Of a stretch of 64,000 bases of DNA, positions 11,501 through 23,242 are shown in pieces. How positions within the stretch are numbered: the stretch's first letter is position 1; every line of letters begins with the position of its first letter. Source of the stretch: Spirochaetes bacterium GWE1_32_154 (GTDB lineage: Bacteria > Spirochaetota > GWE2-31-10); the NCBI GenBank assembly GCA_001829315.1, contig MIAY01000014.1:60801-124800 (forward strand), written 5' to 3'. The position numbers and the translations under genes were made by a program. The notes beneath the pieces are model-generated. The model made no database searches. It saw nothing but the letters and a program-made list of their open reading frames with translations, and was not told the DNA's origin.

Positions 11501-11811
11501 TTTAATTCCTCAATAGTACACAGTAAAGGATATGTATTTTTTTCAGATAGTTTATTAGTCTGATCGAGCTTTGTTTTTGCTATATCATAAATATACGTTC
11601 CCGCAACACCACTTCCTTTAGTATGTATATTAATCATAATTTCTTTCGCTTCATCTTCAGATTTGTTATATACTTCCTTTAAAATGAATATAACAAATTC
11701 CATTGTAGTATAATCATCATTATGCATTATAACATTATATAAACTAGGTTCCTGTATTTCGATTTCCTCTTCATTACTGTATGAAAAATCATTACTAAAT
11801 CCAAATGACAT
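11497..11811 (-). CDS. clpS: ATP-dependent Clp protease adaptor ClpS
   Basis: 104 aa; YNVIMHNDDYTTMEFVI and HPLLCT motifs characteristic of ClpS; overlaps clpA start. Confidence 0.9.
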   Translation of the reverse strand: MSFGFSNDFSYSNEEEIEIQEPSLYNVIMHNDDYTTMEFVIFILKEVYNKSEDEAKEIMINIHTKGSGVAGTYIYDIAKTKLDQTNKLSEKNTYPLLCTIEELK

Positions 11812-11826
11812 ATAAACACTCCATAA

Positions 11827-12384
11827 CTAACAAGAATAAACGATAGATTTTTTTATTTTATCTGATAATTCTTTATTTCTAAATATTTCAACTAATTTCA
11901 AACCGAGATCAATTGACGTTCCCATTCCCCTGCTTGTAATAACTGTTCCATCAACAACAACTTTATCTTCTTTATAATATCCATGAATGACTGCATCTTT
12001 CATAGAGGGATAGATTGTAAAAGATTTATTATCCATAATACCAATCTTTTCCAGAATAGAGGGAGCTGCGCATATTGCAATAATCCATTTTTTATCATTA
12101 TAAAATTTTTTAACAATTGAAAGTACCTTTGAATCAGCAATAATATTTTCAACTCCGGTTCCACCACCTGGTAAAAAAATACCATCATATAAATCTAAAT
12201 CAACTTCAGAAACTAATAAATCGGAAACGATAGAAATATCATGACCACCTATAACAATTTTATTTTTTAATGATGCTAAAGTCACTGATATTTGAGCTCT
12301 TCTTAAAATATCAACAACAGTTACCATCTCACTCTCTTCACACCCGTCAGCCAATACAGTTAATACATTCATATAATTCCTCAT
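11827..12384 (-). CDS. DJ-1/PfpI (ThiJ) family protein
   Basis: 185 aa; nucleophile-elbow motif AICAAP and glycine-rich FLPGG motif. Confidence 0.8.
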   Translation of the reverse strand: MRNYMNVLTVLADGCEESEMVTVVDILRRAQISVTLASLKNKIVIGGHDISIVSDLLVSEVDLDLYDGIFLPGGGTGVENIIADSKVLSIVKKFYNDKKWIIAICAAPSILEKIGIMDNKSFTIYPSMKDAVIHGYYKEDKVVVDGTVITSRGMGTSIDLGLKLVEIFRNKELSDKIKKSIVYSC

Positions 12385-12508
12385 TAATTAAAAATAATAT
12401 TTTTTATTATTGACACTAATTCAAAAAACAGTTACACTTAGAATAGCCTTATAATAAGCGAATGGATTAGATTAACCCCTCCCCAATCGAAATCCATTCG
12501 TTTTCATT

Positions 12509-13528
12509 TTAATATAGTTTAACATCAAATAATTTTTTAAATTCTGCTATTTTTTGAATTCTTACTTCTTTACGTTTTTTTTCAATTGTATCAGATATCA
12601 AAATATTTTGCGCAATTGATGCAGCTTCAGATCCCTCAATTACTTTCTCAGGTTCTCTATTTACTATTTTAAAAATATACAATCCATTGTCTGTACCAAA
12701 TATTTTATGTAAAACTCCAATTTTCTCAGTTGCAAAAGCATCCATAATATCAGTAGAAAAACGCTTAAACATATATTCATCATTTTTTTCTATTGAACCT
12801 ATTAATCCGGGCGGATTAGTTCTTAAAGATAAGGAATCATCAGAATATTTCATTGCGACTCCACTAAAATTAGCACCTTTTTTTAACTCATCAAGACATT
12901 CTGCTGCTTTTTTTACTTTTTGCTTAATTTTATCATCACTCAATAAATTACCCTGCTTATCAAAATAAGAAAAATAAATCATCATAATTTCATATTTTTC
13001 ATTTTTAATAAATCTTTCCGGATGACTCTTAACATACTCTGCGATTTCATTACTACTAATATATGAAGAATTATTCACAACCTCTTCATATAATTTATTT
13101 AAATATTCAGAAACCATAATCTGTTTTTTAGTATATTCAACATACTCAGACATCGTTCCATTACCAATTCCGGCTGCATTTAAAAATTCTAAATTTGTTA
13201 TAGCCGATTCATCTTTAATAAATTGTGCAGCATAATATTTTTTATCATTTTGAATATGCTCATCGATAGCTTTCATATCAGGCTCTTGAAGTTCAATTTT
13301 AGCAGCTAGATAAAGCAATTCGAATTCCACAATCTCCTCTAACGCTACATCAAATGATATGGAATACTTTATTGATCTTTTAACGACATCTTGCTTAGTT
13401 ATAATTTTATCTAATATTTTTGCTACGATATTTTTCTTAATTTGAATAACCTGAGCATTAACACATATTGTAAACATTATTATAAAAATTGATATTACTG
13501 TTTTTTTCATGATTACCTCTTGCATCAA
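12509..13528 (-). CDS. Periplasmic parvulin-type peptidyl-prolyl isomerase (SurA/PpiD-like)
   Basis: 339 aa; signal peptide, SurA-N-like chaperone region and C-terminal PpiC-type rotamase region; divergent from tig. Confidence 0.6.
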   Translation of the reverse strand: MMQEVIMKKTVISIFIIMFTICVNAQVIQIKKNIVAKILDKIITKQDVVKRSIKYSISFDVALEEIVEFELLYLAAKIELQEPDMKAIDEHIQNDKKYYAAQFIKDESAITNLEFLNAAGIGNGTMSEYVEYTKKQIMVSEYLNKLYEEVVNNSSYISSNEIAEYVKSHPERFIKNEKYEIMMIYFSYFDKQGNLLSDDKIKQKVKKAAECLDELKKGANFSGVAMKYSDDSLSLRTNPPGLIGSIEKNDEYMFKRFSTDIMDAFATEKIGVLHKIFGTDNGLYIFKIVNREPEKVIEGSEAASIAQNILISDTIEKKRKEVRIQKIAEFKKLFDVKLY

Positions 13529-13599
13529 TGATTACCATAAATTAATTCAAATATCAATAGACGTTACAAAATGATGATAGTATCATTTATAGAACTGTC

Positions 13600-13628
13600 T
13601 TGACTTTTAAATGATAAATTGCTATTTA
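13600..13628 (+). promoter_or_regulatory. Candidate sigma70-type promoter for tig-clpP-clpX-lon (TTGACT-17-TATTTA)
   Basis: TTGACT at 13600-13605, 17 nt spacer, TATTTA at 13623-13628, about 70 bp upstream of tig start. Confidence 0.3.
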
Positions 13629-13701
13629 TAGCGGAATAATCTAAAACTACTTAATTAAGATAAATGAGTAGTATAACTTTTAATAATTTTTAAAGGAAAG
13701 T

Positions 13702-15042
13702 GTGGTAAATAATATGGAACTAAAATTTCAAACAGAAAAGAAAGAAAACTCACAGATTCAATTATCAGTAACAATTGATAAAAATGAAATTGCATCACAA
13801 TACAAAGAATTACTTAATGAAACACAAAAAAACATTGTTATGAATGGTTTTAGAAAAGGAAAAGTTCCTTTATCAATTATAGAAACAAAATATAAAAAAG
13901 CATTACTTGCCGAAGTTGCCCATAAATTAGTTGATAAAAGTTATCAGGAAATTTTTGAGAAACTAGAAGATAAACCATTGGCAACAAGTACTCCGACACT
14001 TGATGATATAGAAGAAATTAAACTGGATAGTGATTTTACTTATAAAATTACATACGAAACATATCCAACAATTACTTTTGGTGAATATAAAAATATTGAA
14101 ATTGAAAAAGATGAAATTACAGCTTCAGAAAAAGACATTTCAGAAGAAATAAATAGGTATTTATCAGAATTTTCATCAATCGAAACAAAAGATTCTCAAA
14201 TTGAAGACGGTGATATAGCATTAATTGAATACAAAGTATTCGAAGGTGATACTGAAATAGAATCAAAAGACAATGAGTATGTTCATATTGGTAAAGATTA
14301 TGATAAATATAAAATCGGTAAAGAATTAATCGGTTTAAAAAGCAGTGATACTAAAGACTTCAAAAAGAAATTCACTGATAAAGATGGAGACGCATTTGCC
14401 GGAAAAACATATAAATTCAAAGCAACAGTTAAAGAAGTAAAAGTTGAAAAAAAACCGGAACTAACTGACGAACTTGCTAAACAAATTGATAAAACTGTTG
14501 AAACTGCTGAAGCATTTAAAAATAAAGTTAAAGAAAATCTTGAACACTATGCAGCTGATACAACAAAACAAAAAGCAATTGATAAAATAATGGATAAAAT
14601 TATTAAAACATTCAAAGGGGTTGTACCTCAATCAATGATCGACGCACAAATCGACTCATATTATAAAGAGCTTTTACAAAAAGTTGGCGGTGATGAAAAG
14701 CGTGCTAATAATATGCTTAGTCTTGAGGGGTTAAATAAAGAAACATACAGAGAAAAAATGAAAGAAAAAGCAACTAATGCTATTCAACGTTCATTAATAC
14801 TCAATGAAATTATAAAAAAAGAAAGCATAAAAGCTACAGAAGAAGATATAAAAGCTCATATTAATAAATTTGCAAAATTTTATAATCTCAATACAAATGA
14901 TCTTTTTGATAATTACAAAAAGAACAATCAATTAGCAATGTTTGAAGGCGAAGTAGAAATAGAAAAAGCTATTGATATTATTTATAATTCACTTAAAGCT
15001 AAAAAAATTAACAAACTTTCACTAAAAGAGCTTGACGATTAA
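13702..15042 (+). CDS. tig: Trigger factor
   Basis: 446 aa; N-terminal ribosome-binding GFRKGKVP motif, FKBP-like middle domain; conserved tig-clpP-clpX-lon order. Confidence 0.92.
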   Translation: MVNNMELKFQTEKKENSQIQLSVTIDKNEIASQYKELLNETQKNIVMNGFRKGKVPLSIIETKYKKALLAEVAHKLVDKSYQEIFEKLEDKPLATSTPTLDDIEEIKLDSDFTYKITYETYPTITFGEYKNIEIEKDEITASEKDISEEINRYLSEFSSIETKDSQIEDGDIALIEYKVFEGDTEIESKDNEYVHIGKDYDKYKIGKELIGLKSSDTKDFKKKFTDKDGDAFAGKTYKFKATVKEVKVEKKPELTDELAKQIDKTVETAEAFKNKVKENLEHYAADTTKQKAIDKIMDKIIKTFKGVVPQSMIDAQIDSYYKELLQKVGGDEKRANNMLSLEGLNKETYREKMKEKATNAIQRSLILNEIIKKESIKATEEDIKAHINKFAKFYNLNTNDLFDNYKKNNQLAMFEGEVEIEKAIDIIYNSLKAKKINKLSLKELDD

Positions 15043-15081
15043 CAACTTAAATACGTATATTATACATTCAAGGGGAAATAA

Positions 15082-15696
15082 ATGATAATTACACCGTATA
15101 TGGGACATGGAATACTTCCGAGAATAGTAGAAAGAACAAGTCGCGGTGAAGAAGTCTGGGATATTTATTCAAGACTCATTAAGGATAATATTATATTTAT
15201 TGGTGGTGAAATCAATGATTTTGAAGCTGATACTGTAATGGCAACTTTACTATTTATGGAAAGTCAGGATCCAGATAAAGATATATCGCTTTATATAAAT
15301 TCTCCCGGTGGCTCTGTTACAGCAGGACTTGCAATATTTGATACAATAAAAAATATCAAACCTGATGTTTCAACTATTTGTATTGGACAAGCTGCAAGTG
15401 CAGCAGCATTAATACTATCAAGTGGAACGAAAGGTAAAAGATTTGCATTGCCTCATTCACGAATAATGCTTCATCAACCCTGGGGTGGCGCAGGTGGTCA
15501 GGCTTCAGATATCATTATTCAGGCTAATGAAATAAATAGAATAAAAAAACAAATAAACACTATTTTAGCCGAAAACTGTAGTAAACCTTTAGAACAAATA
15601 GAGCAGGATACACAAAGAGATTTCTTTTTATCCCCTACTGAAGCATTAGAATATGGATTAATTGATAAAATTTTGAAGAGAGAAGATAAAAAATGA
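15082..15696 (+). CDS. clpP: ATP-dependent Clp protease proteolytic subunit ClpP
   Basis: 204 aa; catalytic Ser motif GQAASAAA and MLHQPWGG. Confidence 0.95.
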   Translation: MIITPYMGHGILPRIVERTSRGEEVWDIYSRLIKDNIIFIGGEINDFEADTVMATLLFMESQDPDKDISLYINSPGGSVTAGLAIFDTIKNIKPDVSTICIGQAASAAALILSSGTKGKRFALPHSRIMLHQPWGGAGGQASDIIIQANEINRIKKQINTILAENCSKPLEQIEQDTQRDFFLSPTEALEYGLIDKILKREDKK

Positions 15697-16964
15697 GCAA
15701 ATATAAAATGAATTTTGAAGACATCTGTTCGTTCTGTGGTAGAAATTTAGAAGAGTATAATCTAAAATTCGTACGGGGTTTTAATTGCAGTATTTGTTCT
15801 GATTGTATAAAAAAAGGATACACGGCAGTTAAATCAACTGAAACAGATGGTGTACTCAATTCATTAGAAGATAGCAAACTTCCTTCTCCAAAAGAGATTA
15901 AAGGTTTTCTTGACCAATATGTTATCGGTCAGGAAGATGCAAAAAAATATATGTCTGTAGCCGTATACAATCATTATAAAAGAATTGTATACGGTTTAGA
16001 TTTATCTGATTCAGAACATTATAAAGATCTTGAAGTAGAAAAATCAAATATTCTTTTAATAGGACCCACCGGTTCAGGTAAAACACTGATTGCAAAATCA
16101 TTAGCAAAGAAATTAAACGTTCCATTTGCAATCGCTGATGCAACAACGTTAACTGAAGCCGGTTATGTTGGCGATGATGTTGAAAATATTTTACTTAAGT
16201 TAATACAGGCAGCTGATTACAATATACCTCTTGCCGAAAAAGGCATCATATACATTGATGAAATTGATAAAATCGCAAAAAAAGGCGAAAATATGTCTAT
16301 TACAAGAGACGTATCAGGTGAAGGTGTCCAACAGGCCTTATTAAAAATTATTGAAGGAACTGAAGCCTCAGTACCTCCGCAAGGCGGACGAAAGCACCCT
16401 AATCAGGAATTGCTTCAAATTAATACAAAAAATATTTTATTTATTTGTGGCGGTGCATTTGTTGGTCTTGATAAAATATTAGAAGCTCGAATTAATGTTA
16501 AACCTATGGGTTTTGGTGCAGAAATAGTAAAATCAAAAGACAAAAATATGGTTTCACTTTTTAAAAATCTTCATCCTGAAGATTTAGTGAAATTTGGTTT
16601 AATCCCTGAGTTTGTCGGACGACTTCCAATAATTACAACATTAAACCCGTTAACTGAAGATGATCTTGTTAAAATAATTAAAGAACCAAAAAATTCAATT
16701 CTAAAACAATTTGAATGGGCTTTCTCAATTGAAAATGTTTCATTTGAATTTACTGAAGAAGCTATACGTGCAATGGCGATTAAAGCAATCAAGCAAAACA
16801 CCGGTGCTCGAGGTTTACGATCCATTATGGAAAAATTAATGCTTGATGCAATGTATGAAGTCCCGTCAGTTGATGATATCGAAAAAATTATTGTTGACGA
16901 AGAAGTCATTAATCAAGATATCCCTGTAAAGATTATAAAAAAAGGTGCATCTAAAACAGCATGA
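15693..16964 (+). CDS. clpX: ATP-dependent Clp protease ATP-binding subunit ClpX
   Basis: 423 aa; N-terminal C4 zinc finger (CSFCGR...CSICSDC), Walker A GPTGSGKT. Confidence 0.95.
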   Translation: MSKYKMNFEDICSFCGRNLEEYNLKFVRGFNCSICSDCIKKGYTAVKSTETDGVLNSLEDSKLPSPKEIKGFLDQYVIGQEDAKKYMSVAVYNHYKRIVYGLDLSDSEHYKDLEVEKSNILLIGPTGSGKTLIAKSLAKKLNVPFAIADATTLTEAGYVGDDVENILLKLIQAADYNIPLAEKGIIYIDEIDKIAKKGENMSITRDVSGEGVQQALLKIIEGTEASVPPQGGRKHPNQELLQINTKNILFICGGAFVGLDKILEARINVKPMGFGAEIVKSKDKNMVSLFKNLHPEDLVKFGLIPEFVGRLPIITTLNPLTEDDLVKIIKEPKNSILKQFEWAFSIENVSFEFTEEAIRAMAIKAIKQNTGARGLRSIMEKLMLDAMYEVPSVDDIEKIIVDEEVINQDIPVKIIKKGASKTA

Positions 16965-19345
16965 AAATATTAAAAAAAGACAATAGTTTCTCATATAATA
17001 CTCTTCCAATAATACCATTGAGAGAGATGGTTATTTTTCCCAATGTCATAAAAACATTTTATGTCGGTAGAAAGGAATCAATTACAGGAATTGAAAAAGC
17101 AATTGAAAATTTTGACAGCAAAGTTTTTTTAGTTACTCAAAAGAGTTCAAATATTAATAATCCGGGAATAAATGATTTATATGATATCGGTGTTATCGCT
17201 AATATTATCGAAGTTAAACCTACACCTGATAAAAAGGTTTTAAAACTTGTAATAAAAGGTATAAAACCTTGCAAACTTACAGAGATTATCGATTGTAATG
17301 ATTTCAACACAGCAAATATTGAATATCTTGGAGATGCAATAATTGAAGATCCCAAAAAAGTAGAAACTTTATTTTCTTTAATCAATAAAGAATTTAAAAA
17401 ATTTGTTGAGCAATCAAGATTTCAACCTGATATAGTACGAAATATTGAATCATCTAAAAATCATATTGATTTTTTCAATAACATAATGCAGTATTTAACT
17501 GTAAATATTGAAACTCAAATTGAAATACTTCGGGATAACAGGATCGACACTTATTTTTCGAAACTCGCTGAACTAATTTATGCTAATATTGAAAATGTCC
17601 AACTTGAAAAAAAAATAACCATGGAAGTTCGTAAAAAGATGGAAAAAAATCAAAAAGATTTTTTCCTTTATGAACAAATGAAAGAAATACAAAAAGAACT
17701 CGGTAATTCTCCTGAGGAGAATGAATTTTATAATATTGATGAATTTATAAAAAAACTTGATTCAATGGGTATTCCCGCTGAAATAAAAGAAAGAATTGTA
17801 AAAGAACAAAAGCGACTAATGAAAATGCCTCCAATATCACAGGAATCAGGTATAATAAAAAATTATATTGATACACTTCTTGAATTGCCATGGAGTATAA
17901 ATAGTGAAGATAATAAAGATTTAAATAAAGCAAAAGAGATCCTTGACTCGAAACATTATTCTTTAACAAAAGTAAAAAGTAGAATTTTAGAGTTTCTTGC
18001 AGTCAGACAATTAAATCCAAATACAAAAGGTCCAATACTTTGTTTTATAGGTCCTCCGGGAACCGGAAAAACAAGTCTTTCAAAATCTGTCGCAGATGCA
18101 ATTAATAGAGAATTCCTTCGTATTTCCTTAGGCGGAGTTCGCGATGAAGCAGAAATTAGAGGACATAGAAGAACGTATTTAGGTGCTCTACCCGGAAAAA
18201 TTATACAATCGATGAAAAAAGTTAAGACACTTAATCCGGTATTCCTTCTTGATGAAATTGACAAAATGAGTTCTGACTTTCGTGGTGACCCAGCATCAGC
18301 ACTTCTTGAAGTATTAGACCCTGAGCAAAATCAACAATTTGTTGATCATTTCCTTGAGGTTCCCTATGATTTATCAGCTGTTATGTTTATTTGTACAGCT
18401 AATTCAGTACAAGGAATTCCATACCCCCTACTCGATCGAATGGAACTAATATATATAAACAGTTATTCTGATGAAGAAAAAATAAAAATTGTACGAAATT
18501 TTATTATCCCAAAAGAAAAAATAGAAAATGGAATAGGTAATGTTGAATTAGCTATATCCCAAGCAGCTTTAAAAGAGATAATAAGAAATTATACTATGGA
18601 ATCAGGTGTGCGATCACTTCAAAGACAAATTGCTTCAATATGCAGAAAAACGGCAAAAGAAATCGTTTTAAATAACACACATACTGAAAAAATGACTATT
18701 TCAACAAAAAATCTTTCAAAATTCCTTGGTAAAAAGAAATACCTTGAACCTTCAATTGATGATTTTTTAGACATTGGGGTTGCTCATGGTCTGGCATGGT
18801 CCGAATTAGGCGGTGCATTATTACCAATTGAAATAGTATTATACCCCGGTAAAGGCGGAATTATATTAACGGGTAAACTTGGTGAAGTTATGAAAGAATC
18901 TGCTCAAACAGCTTTTTCTTACATTAAATCAAAAAGTCATTTATTTGCAATTAAATATCCTGACTTTAGTAAAGAATATGATTTACATATTCATTTTCCT
19001 GAAGGTGCCACACCAAAAGACGGCCCTTCCGGAGGTATAGCAATAACCTGCGGTATTTTATCAGCATTAACAAAAACCCCGATTAAGACAACTGTAGCGA
19101 TGACCGGAGAGGTTACACTTACCGGCAGAGTATTAGCAATTGGCGGATTACGGGAAAAATCACTTGCTGCACTACGGCATGGAAAAAAAGAAGTTGTTGT
19201 CCCTTTTGCAAATACGAAAGATTTACAGGATTTACCAGGTAATGTAAAAAGTAAAATTGAATTTAAAACGGTAAAAAGAGTAGAAGATTTATTTGGTATT
19301 GTTTTTGACAGTTCAATATATTTAGAAAATGAAAACAACAATTAA
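16961..19345 (+). CDS. lon: ATP-dependent protease Lon
   Basis: 794 aa; LON N-domain, Walker [10 protein letters not shown], protease domain with PKDGPSGG. Confidence 0.95.
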   Translation: MKILKKDNSFSYNTLPIIPLREMVIFPNVIKTFYVGRKESITGIEKAIENFDSKVFLVTQKSSNINNPGINDLYDIGVIANIIEVKPTPDKKVLKLVIKGIKPCKLTEIIDCNDFNTANIEYLGDAIIEDPKKVETLFSLINKEFKKFVEQSRFQPDIVRNIESSKNHIDFFNNIMQYLTVNIETQIEILRDNRIDTYFSKLAELIYANIENVQLEKKITMEVRKKMEKNQKDFFLYEQMKEIQKELGNSPEENEFYNIDEFIKKLDSMGIPAEIKERIVKEQKRLMKMPPISQESGIIKNYIDTLLELPWSINSEDNKDLNKAKEILDSKHYSLTKVKSRILEFLAVRQLNPNTKGPILCFIGPPGTGKTSLSKSVADAINREFLRISLGGVRDEAEIRGHRRTYLGALPGKIIQSMKKVKTLNPVFLLDEIDKMSSDFRGDPASALLEVLDPEQNQQFVDHFLEVPYDLSAVMFICTANSVQGIPYPLLDRMELIYINSYSDEEKIKIVRNFIIPKEKIENGIGNVELAISQAALKEIIRNYTMESGVRSLQRQIASICRKTAKEIVLNNTHTEKMTISTKNLSKFLGKKKYLEPSIDDFLDIGVAHGLAWSELGGALLPIEIVLYPGKGGIILTGKLGEVMKESAQTAFSYIKSKSHLFAIKYPDFSKEYDLHIHFPEGATPKDGPSGGIAITCGILSALTKTPIKTTVAMTGEVTLTGRVLAIGGLREKSLAALRHGKKEVVVPFANTKDLQDLPGNVKSKIEFKTVKRVEDLFGIVFDSSIYLENENNN

Positions 19346-20303
19346 TAAACCAAAACTATTAGTAGCATCACCTTTTCATACTACCTTGCTTGATACATTA
19401 CATTCTAATTTTTCAATTACATATATTCCAAATGCAAAAAAAATTGATATTGACAGCATCATAGATCAATATGAATGTATAATTATAGCAACTAAACCAG
19501 GGCTTGATCAAACTATACTATCTAAAGCACATAAATTAAAAATGATAATCAGACTGGGAATTGGCATTGATCACATCAATATTGAATATTGCCGGGAACA
19601 TAATATCATAGTTGCAATAACACCAAATTCAAATATATCACCGGTACTTGAATTAGTTTTTTCAAAATTAGTTTATGTACTTCGCAATTTTGATAAAGCA
19701 ACTAACAATTTATTTTCAGGACATTTTCGAGACCATTTAGAAAACGGTACTGAACTTAATTCAAAAACAATTGGTGTTATAGGAACGGGTCGAATCGGTT
19801 CAAATATATGCCGTCTTGCTTCACTTTTCGGTATGAAAGTATTAGCCTATGACCCATACATAACTAATAGGTCTGAAATTCAGGCTTTATTTGTAGAAAA
19901 AGATGTATTAATTTCACAATCAGATATTATTACAATTCATACACCTCATACTTTGGAAACTGATAATATGGTTGATTTTGATTTTCTTGAATTAATGAAA
20001 AAAGACAGTATTTTGATAAACACAGCAAGAGGTCGAATTGCCCCTATGAAAACTCTCATCGAATATTCGAAAAAAGAAAAAATTAAAAATTTCATAATTG
20101 ATGTATATGATAACGAACCTTTTATACCTGATAATGATGATATTTTTTTCTTAAGAAAATATTTTACACTATCTCCTCACATTGGTGCATTTACAGAACA
20201 ATCGTTACACAATAGATCACAAGAAGCACTTATTCAATTAAATGATTATTTTATTAAGAGCAAGCAACCTCATGGAATGATTGATTTACTAAAAGGGTAT
20301 TAA
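19329..20303 (+). CDS. D-isomer-specific 2-hydroxyacid dehydrogenase family protein
   Basis: 324 aa; NAD-binding GVIGTGRIGS motif; overlaps lon stop. Confidence 0.8.
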   Translation: MKTTINKPKLLVASPFHTTLLDTLHSNFSITYIPNAKKIDIDSIIDQYECIIIATKPGLDQTILSKAHKLKMIIRLGIGIDHINIEYCREHNIIVAITPNSNISPVLELVFSKLVYVLRNFDKATNNLFSGHFRDHLENGTELNSKTIGVIGTGRIGSNICRLASLFGMKVLAYDPYITNRSEIQALFVEKDVLISQSDIITIHTPHTLETDNMVDFDFLELMKKDSILINTARGRIAPMKTLIEYSKKEKIKNFIIDVYDNEPFIPDNDDIFFLRKYFTLSPHIGAFTEQSLHNRSQEALIQLNDYFIKSKQPHGMIDLLKGY

Positions 20304-20756
20304 TTGTATAAATATATATGATATATAGGATGAAAAAAAACCAATAATGATGCCTGCTATACAATCACTTGGATAATGAAACCCTTTTACAATACGTGCA
20401 ACTGATACAATTATCGCAATGAACAAAACTGAGTATATTATTAGATACATCCCGTATAAGGGTGCAAGAACCGCTGTTATTCTTGTCACATGTCCAGATG
20501 GAAATGAATAAGGATCCAATTCACGGAGAAAAACATCATTTCCAACAGATTTACGTTTTCTTTTAATTGTAAATTTAAGAATAAAAACAATGATTGTCGA
20601 AATCAAAAAGGATAAAAAAGAAAATAAAATCACCATATTCTTCATGGAAACTTCAGTAAAAATTGAAATGGCAACAAAATATAGAACAATATAATACATA
20701 TTTCCTATAGTAGATACAAATGAAAATAATTTATTGTTACTAAATTTATTGTACAA
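20289..20756 (-). CDS. PAP2-family membrane phosphatase
   Basis: 155 aa; PSGH and HYPSD phosphatase motifs within TM helices. Confidence 0.75.
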   Translation of the reverse strand: MYNKFSNNKLFSFVSTIGNMYYIVLYFVAISIFTEVSMKNMVILFSFLSFLISTIIVFILKFTIKRKRKSVGNDVFLRELDPYSFPSGHVTRITAVLAPLYGMYLIIYSVLFIAIIVSVARIVKGFHYPSDCIAGIIIGFFSSYISYIFIQLIPF

Positions 20757-20820
20757 AAAATCAGAAACAACCGTATCAAATTTTAATATTTTTTCGATTT
20801 TTTTAATTCCTTATTTACTA

Positions 20821-21129
20821 CTATGGTGTAATTCGAATATAAGCAATTGATTTTTTTGTTATAAAAATATAATTATTAAACGCAGTTTGAATATAAATAC
20901 CATCACTATATGCAGAAATAAGTTTACCACTTAACGTATTATCAGTTACACTGATAGTTACCGATATATTTTCACCTATTGCATTTGATATAAAAGAGTC
21001 AAACCCTGGTACTAAAGTTGATGATTGTTCAGTAGCTGAAGAACCATCGTTAATTATTATATCTTCAGCATGTACTGAAATTAAAGCCATTAGAAAAACA
21101 AAAAATATAATCAAATGTTTACTGTTCAT
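20821..21129 (-). CDS. Hypothetical small secreted protein
   Basis: 102 aa ORF with signal peptide; no recognisable domain. Confidence 0.4.
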   Translation of the reverse strand: MNSKHLIIFFVFLMALISVHAEDIIINDGSSATEQSSTLVPGFDSFISNAIGENISVTISVTDNTLSGKLISAYSDGIYIQTAFNNYIFITKKSIAYIRITP

Positions 21130-21196
21130 TGATAACTCCTTTTTTTTTATTTATACTTCTTTTTTATTATTTTTCAAATATAAATTGTTATTTATT

Positions 21197-22066
21197 TTAT
21201 AAAATTGATTCAATTATTTTTACATTCTGCCTTACATGCTCCGGTCTTGTCATAGTGATGAGTGCTGTTGTAACCCCGTCTGTCTCAAGCACATACTTTA
21301 ATGAGGAATACAACGGCGAAACAGCTAAAGACTCTTTTATTGTTAATGCATTACTAAAGTTATTGCTATTTGAAAAAACCGGATTAAATCGTCGCACATC
21401 TTTTTTTGACAATTTAAAATCAGCATTAATTTTATCCGTAAATAGTCCCTGTGATAACGGACTATAAGCAAAATATCCCATTGAATTTGCTTTACAAAAT
21501 GGAATGATTTCATTAACATCATTTGAATCAATCAAATTAAATTTATTCTGAATAATAGTTACTCCACATGAATGTGCAATTCTAACATTCTCAATTGAAA
21601 GATTAGAAGCTGCTATATTTTTAATAACATTGTTTTTTTTGAGCAATAACAATTCATTAAAAACATTTTCTAATGAATTAATTCCATCAGGAAAATGAAC
21701 AGTATAAATATCAATATAATCCGTCTTTAATCGTGTAAGACTAGTATCAAGTTCTCTTAACATGGAATCTCTTGATAAATCATGTTGAATCTTCCCGAAT
21801 CCGTTATCAACCAGACCAAATTTTGTAGAAATAATAACGTATTTCCGCCATGAAGAAAGCATAGCCCCAAGGATGGCCTCTGACATACCATTCCCATATA
21901 ATGGTGAAGTATCAAATATATTAATGCCATATTTAATAGCTTCATTAATTGATTCGCATACTTTTTTTTCACTCACATCCGGCCACCCTTTTATTCCGGC
22001 CCCCCACCCTCCATATCCAATAACAGAAACAAGAAGATCAGTATTTTGTACTTGTCTATAAATCAT
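21197..22066 (-). CDS. Aldo/keto reductase family oxidoreductase
   Basis: 289 aa; AKR-like N-terminus with IGYGGWG and FDTSPLYGNG motifs. Confidence 0.75.
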   Translation of the reverse strand: MIYRQVQNTDLLVSVIGYGGWGAGIKGWPDVSEKKVCESINEAIKYGINIFDTSPLYGNGMSEAILGAMLSSWRKYVIISTKFGLVDNGFGKIQHDLSRDSMLRELDTSLTRLKTDYIDIYTVHFPDGINSLENVFNELLLLKKNNVIKNIAASNLSIENVRIAHSCGVTIIQNKFNLIDSNDVNEIIPFCKANSMGYFAYSPLSQGLFTDKINADFKLSKKDVRRFNPVFSNSNNFSNALTIKESLAVSPLYSSLKYVLETDGVTTALITMTRPEHVRQNVKIIESIL

Positions 22067-22216
22067 TGATTATCCCTCAGAAGTTTCTTTTATCATACTT
22101 AATAAAATTATTCGAGCCTCTTGTATAATTTATTTATTTTTGTTAGAAAAGAGGGTCTCTTAAAAAAATCAAGATAGAAAGACTATTTTAGGAGAAATTA
22201 TTTTGAGGAGAAACAT

Positions 22217-23197
22217 TTGAAAGCATTAGCATTATTTTCAGGAGGACTTGACAGTGCCCTTGCTGTAAAACTTATTCAATCACAAGGGATTGAAGTTATA
22301 CCACTAAATTTTGTATCGCATTTTTTTGGTGGTGCTAATGAAAGAGCTTCTAAAATGGCACAACAATTAGCTGCTGATATTCAATATATTGATTTTAAAC
22401 AAGAACATCTTGATATTGTAAAAAACCCGCCTCATGGTTATGGTGGTTACATGAACCCATGTATAGATTGTCATGCACTAATGATAAAAACAGCAGTTAA
22501 TCTTTTACCTCAATATAATGCTTCATTTGTTATTACCGGTGAAGTACTTGGTCAAAGACCGATGTCACAAACATCAAGGTCAATACGATTAATAAATAAA
22601 TTAGCAGGTGATACTGAATTAATAGTACGCCCCTTATCAGGTAAACTGATGAATGAAACTCTTCCGGAAAAAAACAAATGGATTGATAGAAATAAGCTTC
22701 TTGATATATCAGGCAGAAGTCGGACAAGACAGATTGCTTTAGCTATTGAATATGGGATAGTTGAATATCCGACTCCGGCCGGTGGCTGTTTATTAACGGT
22801 TGAAGGGTATTCAAATAGATTACGGTCTATTAAAAAAGACAATCAGATGAATAATGAGGATTTGTTTGAAATAATTAAAACATCGAGGTTTTTCAGACTT
22901 GATGAGGGTAAATATGTCATTGTTAGCAGAAATGAAGAAGAAAATACAATTCTTGACAGCTTTGAAAATAAAGTTGATTATTTTATCAGACCGGCGATTG
23001 ATACTTTTGGCCCCCATATAGCAATTACAGGAAAAAATTTCACCGATAATGATTTTGAGCTAATTTATCGAATTTTTTCACGATATTCAAAAGGAAAAGG
23101 AACAACACCGGTAGACTTTACTATTAATAATACACTAACTCATAGAGGTATTGGAACAATGACCGATGCAGAATTTGACAAATATATTATACGCTAA
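22217..23197 (+). CDS. PP-loop ATP pyrophosphatase, ThiI-like thiolation domain without a THUMP domain
   Basis: 326 aa; SGGLDS PP-loop, ITGEVLGQRPMSQT motif resembling the ThiI C-terminal domain; no THUMP-like N-terminus. Confidence 0.6.
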   Translation: MKALALFSGGLDSALAVKLIQSQGIEVIPLNFVSHFFGGANERASKMAQQLAADIQYIDFKQEHLDIVKNPPHGYGGYMNPCIDCHALMIKTAVNLLPQYNASFVITGEVLGQRPMSQTSRSIRLINKLAGDTELIVRPLSGKLMNETLPEKNKWIDRNKLLDISGRSRTRQIALAIEYGIVEYPTPAGGCLLTVEGYSNRLRSIKKDNQMNNEDLFEIIKTSRFFRLDEGKYVIVSRNEEENTILDSFENKVDYFIRPAIDTFGPHIAITGKNFTDNDFELIYRIFSRYSKGKGTTPVDFTINNTLTHRGIGTMTDAEFDKYIIR

Positions 23198-23224
23198 AAG
23201 GTTTGTCGTAATGACAAACCTTTT
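23196..23224. terminator. Bidirectional intrinsic terminator hairpin between convergent genes
   Basis: Perfect inverted repeat AAAAGGTTTGTC-gtaat-GACAAACCTTTT, A/T-flanked on both sides. Confidence 0.7.
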
Positions 23225-23242
23225 AGCAAAACGATAATCAAT

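Noticed and set aside
21129-21531. ORFs 21129-21467 (plus) and 21343-21531 (minus) near the aldo/keto reductase gene
   Set aside because: They overlap the 3' half of the reductase gene and its AT-rich downstream region with no start context or motifs.
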